64,000 nucleotides of DNA, taken from the NCBI GenBank assembly GCA_036794405.1, contig DAIRGV010000001.1, forward strand, positions 44,550 through 108,549, given 5' to 3'. Made by a program: the position numbers and the translations under genes. Positions 61,392-64,000 of this stretch are shown piece by piece. Every line of letters starts with the position of its first letter. Position 1 is the first letter of the stretch. Origin of the DNA: Candidatus Dormiibacterota bacterium. GTDB taxonomy: Bacteria > Chloroflexota > Dormibacteria > Dormibacterales > Dormibacteraceae. The notes under the pieces were generated by a model, which searched no databases, had not been told where the DNA came from, and saw only the letters and a list, made by a program, of their open reading frames with translations.

Positions 61392-62404
61392 GTCAGCCCG
61401 GCACCGAAGCCGGCCAGGAGGATCTTGTCGCCGGTCTTGACGCGGCCGGCGCGGATCGCCGCCTCCAGTGCCAGCGGGATCGACGCGGACGAGGTGTTGC
61501 CGTACTCGTCGATGTTGTGGGCGACCTTCTCCATCGGAAGCCCCATCCGGCGGGCAGCCGCGTCAATGATCCGGAAGTTCGCCTGGTGGGGTACGAAGAG
61601 GTCGATCTCCTCCAGCGAAATGCCCGCCGTCCGGCAGACCTCGTAGGCCTGGCGGAGGAAGATGTCGACCGCGAACTTGAAGACCTCGGGACCCTTCATG
61701 TTGATGATCGGGTGTGACTCCTTGGCAACGTAGGCGCCGAGCGGGATGTTGCCGCAGGTCACCTGGTCGTAGCCACGGCCGTCGCCGCCCAGGCACCAGG
61801 CCTTGAAGCCGGCGCTTCCCTTCGCCGGGCGCACCACCGCCGCCCCGGCGCCGTCGCCGAAGATGACCGCGGTGCCGGTCCCGCGCTGGGTGTAGTCGAG
61901 GTTGCGGGAGAGCACCTCGGCGCCGATCACGAGCACGTTCTCCGCTCGGCCGCTGGCGATGAAGGCGTCGGCGTTGGCGAGCCCGTAGACGAAGCTGGTG
62001 CACGCCGCCAGCAGGTCGTAGGCATAGGCGCCGGGCGCATTCCACTCGTCCTGGAGCCGGCAGGCAATGCTCGGGAATGGACCGTCCGGGGTGGAGGTCC
62101 CGACGATGATCATGTCGAGGTCGCCGGCGCTGATGCCGGCGGCGTCGAGCGCCTTCTGGCCGGCCGCACGGGCGAGGTCGAGCGTGCGAGTGCCCGGCTC
62201 GGCGATGTGCCGGGTACGGATGCCCGTCCGATCGGTGATCCACTGGTCGGAGGTCTCGAACATTTTCTCCAGGTCGAAGTTGGAGAGCAGCTTATCGGGC
62301 GCGTGGACGCCGACCCCGTAGATGGCGCTCGGCCTCCCCTGCGACTTGAACGTGCGCAGGGGGACCGCGTCGGAACGGACTCGGGGCGCGGCGGAGGTGG
62401 CCAT
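61361..62404 (-). CDS. fabH: 3-oxoacyl-ACP synthase III
   Basis: DLLAACTSFVYGL (active Cys), VPHQANFRII, GNTSSASIP. Confidence 0.9.
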   Translation of the reverse strand: MATSAAPRVRSDAVPLRTFKSQGRPSAIYGVGVHAPDKLLSNFDLEKMFETSDQWITDRTGIRTRHIAEPGTRTLDLARAAGQKALDAAGISAGDLDMIIVGTSTPDGPFPSIACRLQDEWNAPGAYAYDLLAACTSFVYGLANADAFIASGRAENVLVIGAEVLSRNLDYTQRGTGTAVIFGDGAGAAVVRPAKGSAGFKAWCLGGDGRGYDQVTCGNIPLGAYVAKESHPIINMKGPEVFKFAVDIFLRQAYEVCRTAGISLEEIDLFVPHQANFRIIDAAARRMGLPMEKVAHNIDEYGNTSSASIPLALEAAIRAGRVKTGDKILLAGFGAGLTWGATLLEWA

Positions 62405-62661
62405 CAGACCACCTGCTTCTTGGCGTGCTCTTCCTCGATGAAGGTCCAGAGGTCGCCGATCTTCTTCATCGCCTCCAACCTCTCCTCGGACAGCTCGACG
62501 TCGTACTTGTCCTCGACCGCGGCGATCAGCTCGACGAGGTCGAGCGAGTCGGCGGCGAGGTCCTTGGCGAAGCTCTTGTCGAGCTGCACATCGTCGGCGT
62601 CGACGCCGAGGATTTCGGCGGCGAGCTGCTGCAGCTCCTTGAAATCGAGTTGTTTGCTCAT
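62404..62661 (-). CDS. acpP: acyl carrier protein
   Basis: ATG 62661. LAADSLDLVELI phosphopantetheine-attachment motif (DSLD). Confidence 0.9.
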   Translation of the reverse strand: MSKQLDFKELQQLAAEILGVDADDVQLDKSFAKDLAADSLDLVELIAAVEDKYDVELSEERLEAMKKIGDLWTFIEEEHAKKQVV

Positions 62662-62672
62662 TGTCACCGCTC

Positions 62673-63929
<1,257 letters not shown>

Positions 63930-64000
63930 CGTCCAAAAGGTTAGCCCCCTGGTGCAGCAATCACATCTACGCCATGCAAGAAAAATTGGCTCTGCGCTTC

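Overview
Very GC-rich bacterial chromosome segment centred on the replication origin. All calls were made by eye from the six-frame translations and the raw sequence; no searches were run. Gene order, left to right:
- gyrB (5' fragment, minus strand)
- sigma-like gene followed by gcvT-gcvH-gcvPA-gcvPB (minus strand)
- CPBP protease, parA-parB, lepB
- M16 peptidase, jag-yidC-yidD-rnpA-rpmH (minus strand)
- a DnaA-box cluster, then an unusual GHKL-ATPase/wHTH gene coupled to dnaA-dnaN-recF-dciA-like
- a UvrD/PD-(D/E)XK helicase-nuclease
- envelope genes (GT28, MshA-like GT4, FemAB-like, Ig/beta-propeller exoprotein)
- an atypical OmpR-type regulator with an intact IS630 element inserted in its stop codon
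- folK-folP, murE, thiG-thiE-thiS, rsmG, lysA, a Ser/Thr kinase
- XdhC, cysteine desulfurase, larB, moaC-mog, pxpA / pxpC-pxpB
- folB-larC-folD-folC, an MFS exporter
- a FAS-II block, fabF-acpP-fabH-fabD-fabG-accD-accA

Many long ORFs in the supplied track are antisense shadows typical of high-GC DNA, and many real genes start well inside the listed ORF.

Most interesting observations:
1. Seven copies of an AT-rich 16-18 bp palindrome bracket the origin. The motif is ATGTAAAACGTTTTACAT, or a hybrid with a canonical parS half-site TGTTCCAC. Copies lie in genes (three reading frames) and in spacers, one of them 4 nt after parB. I read this as a diverged parS/centromere array.
2. A peroxiredoxin gene that the ORF track splits has an in-frame TGA exactly at the peroxidatic Cys position, followed by a SECIS-like hairpin. 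It is a candidate selenoprotein.
3. An ATPase/wHTH gene sits between the DnaA boxes and dnaA, with an ATGA overlap.
4. The kinase is split from its extracellular domain by a frameshift in a G5/C5 run.
5. Several conserved genes lack canonical start codons: rpmH uses ATC, folC uses CTG in a CTGA overlap, and yidC and the cysteine desulfurase have no ATG/GTG/TTG upstream of conserved N-terminal sequence.

No rRNA, tRNA or CRISPR array was seen.
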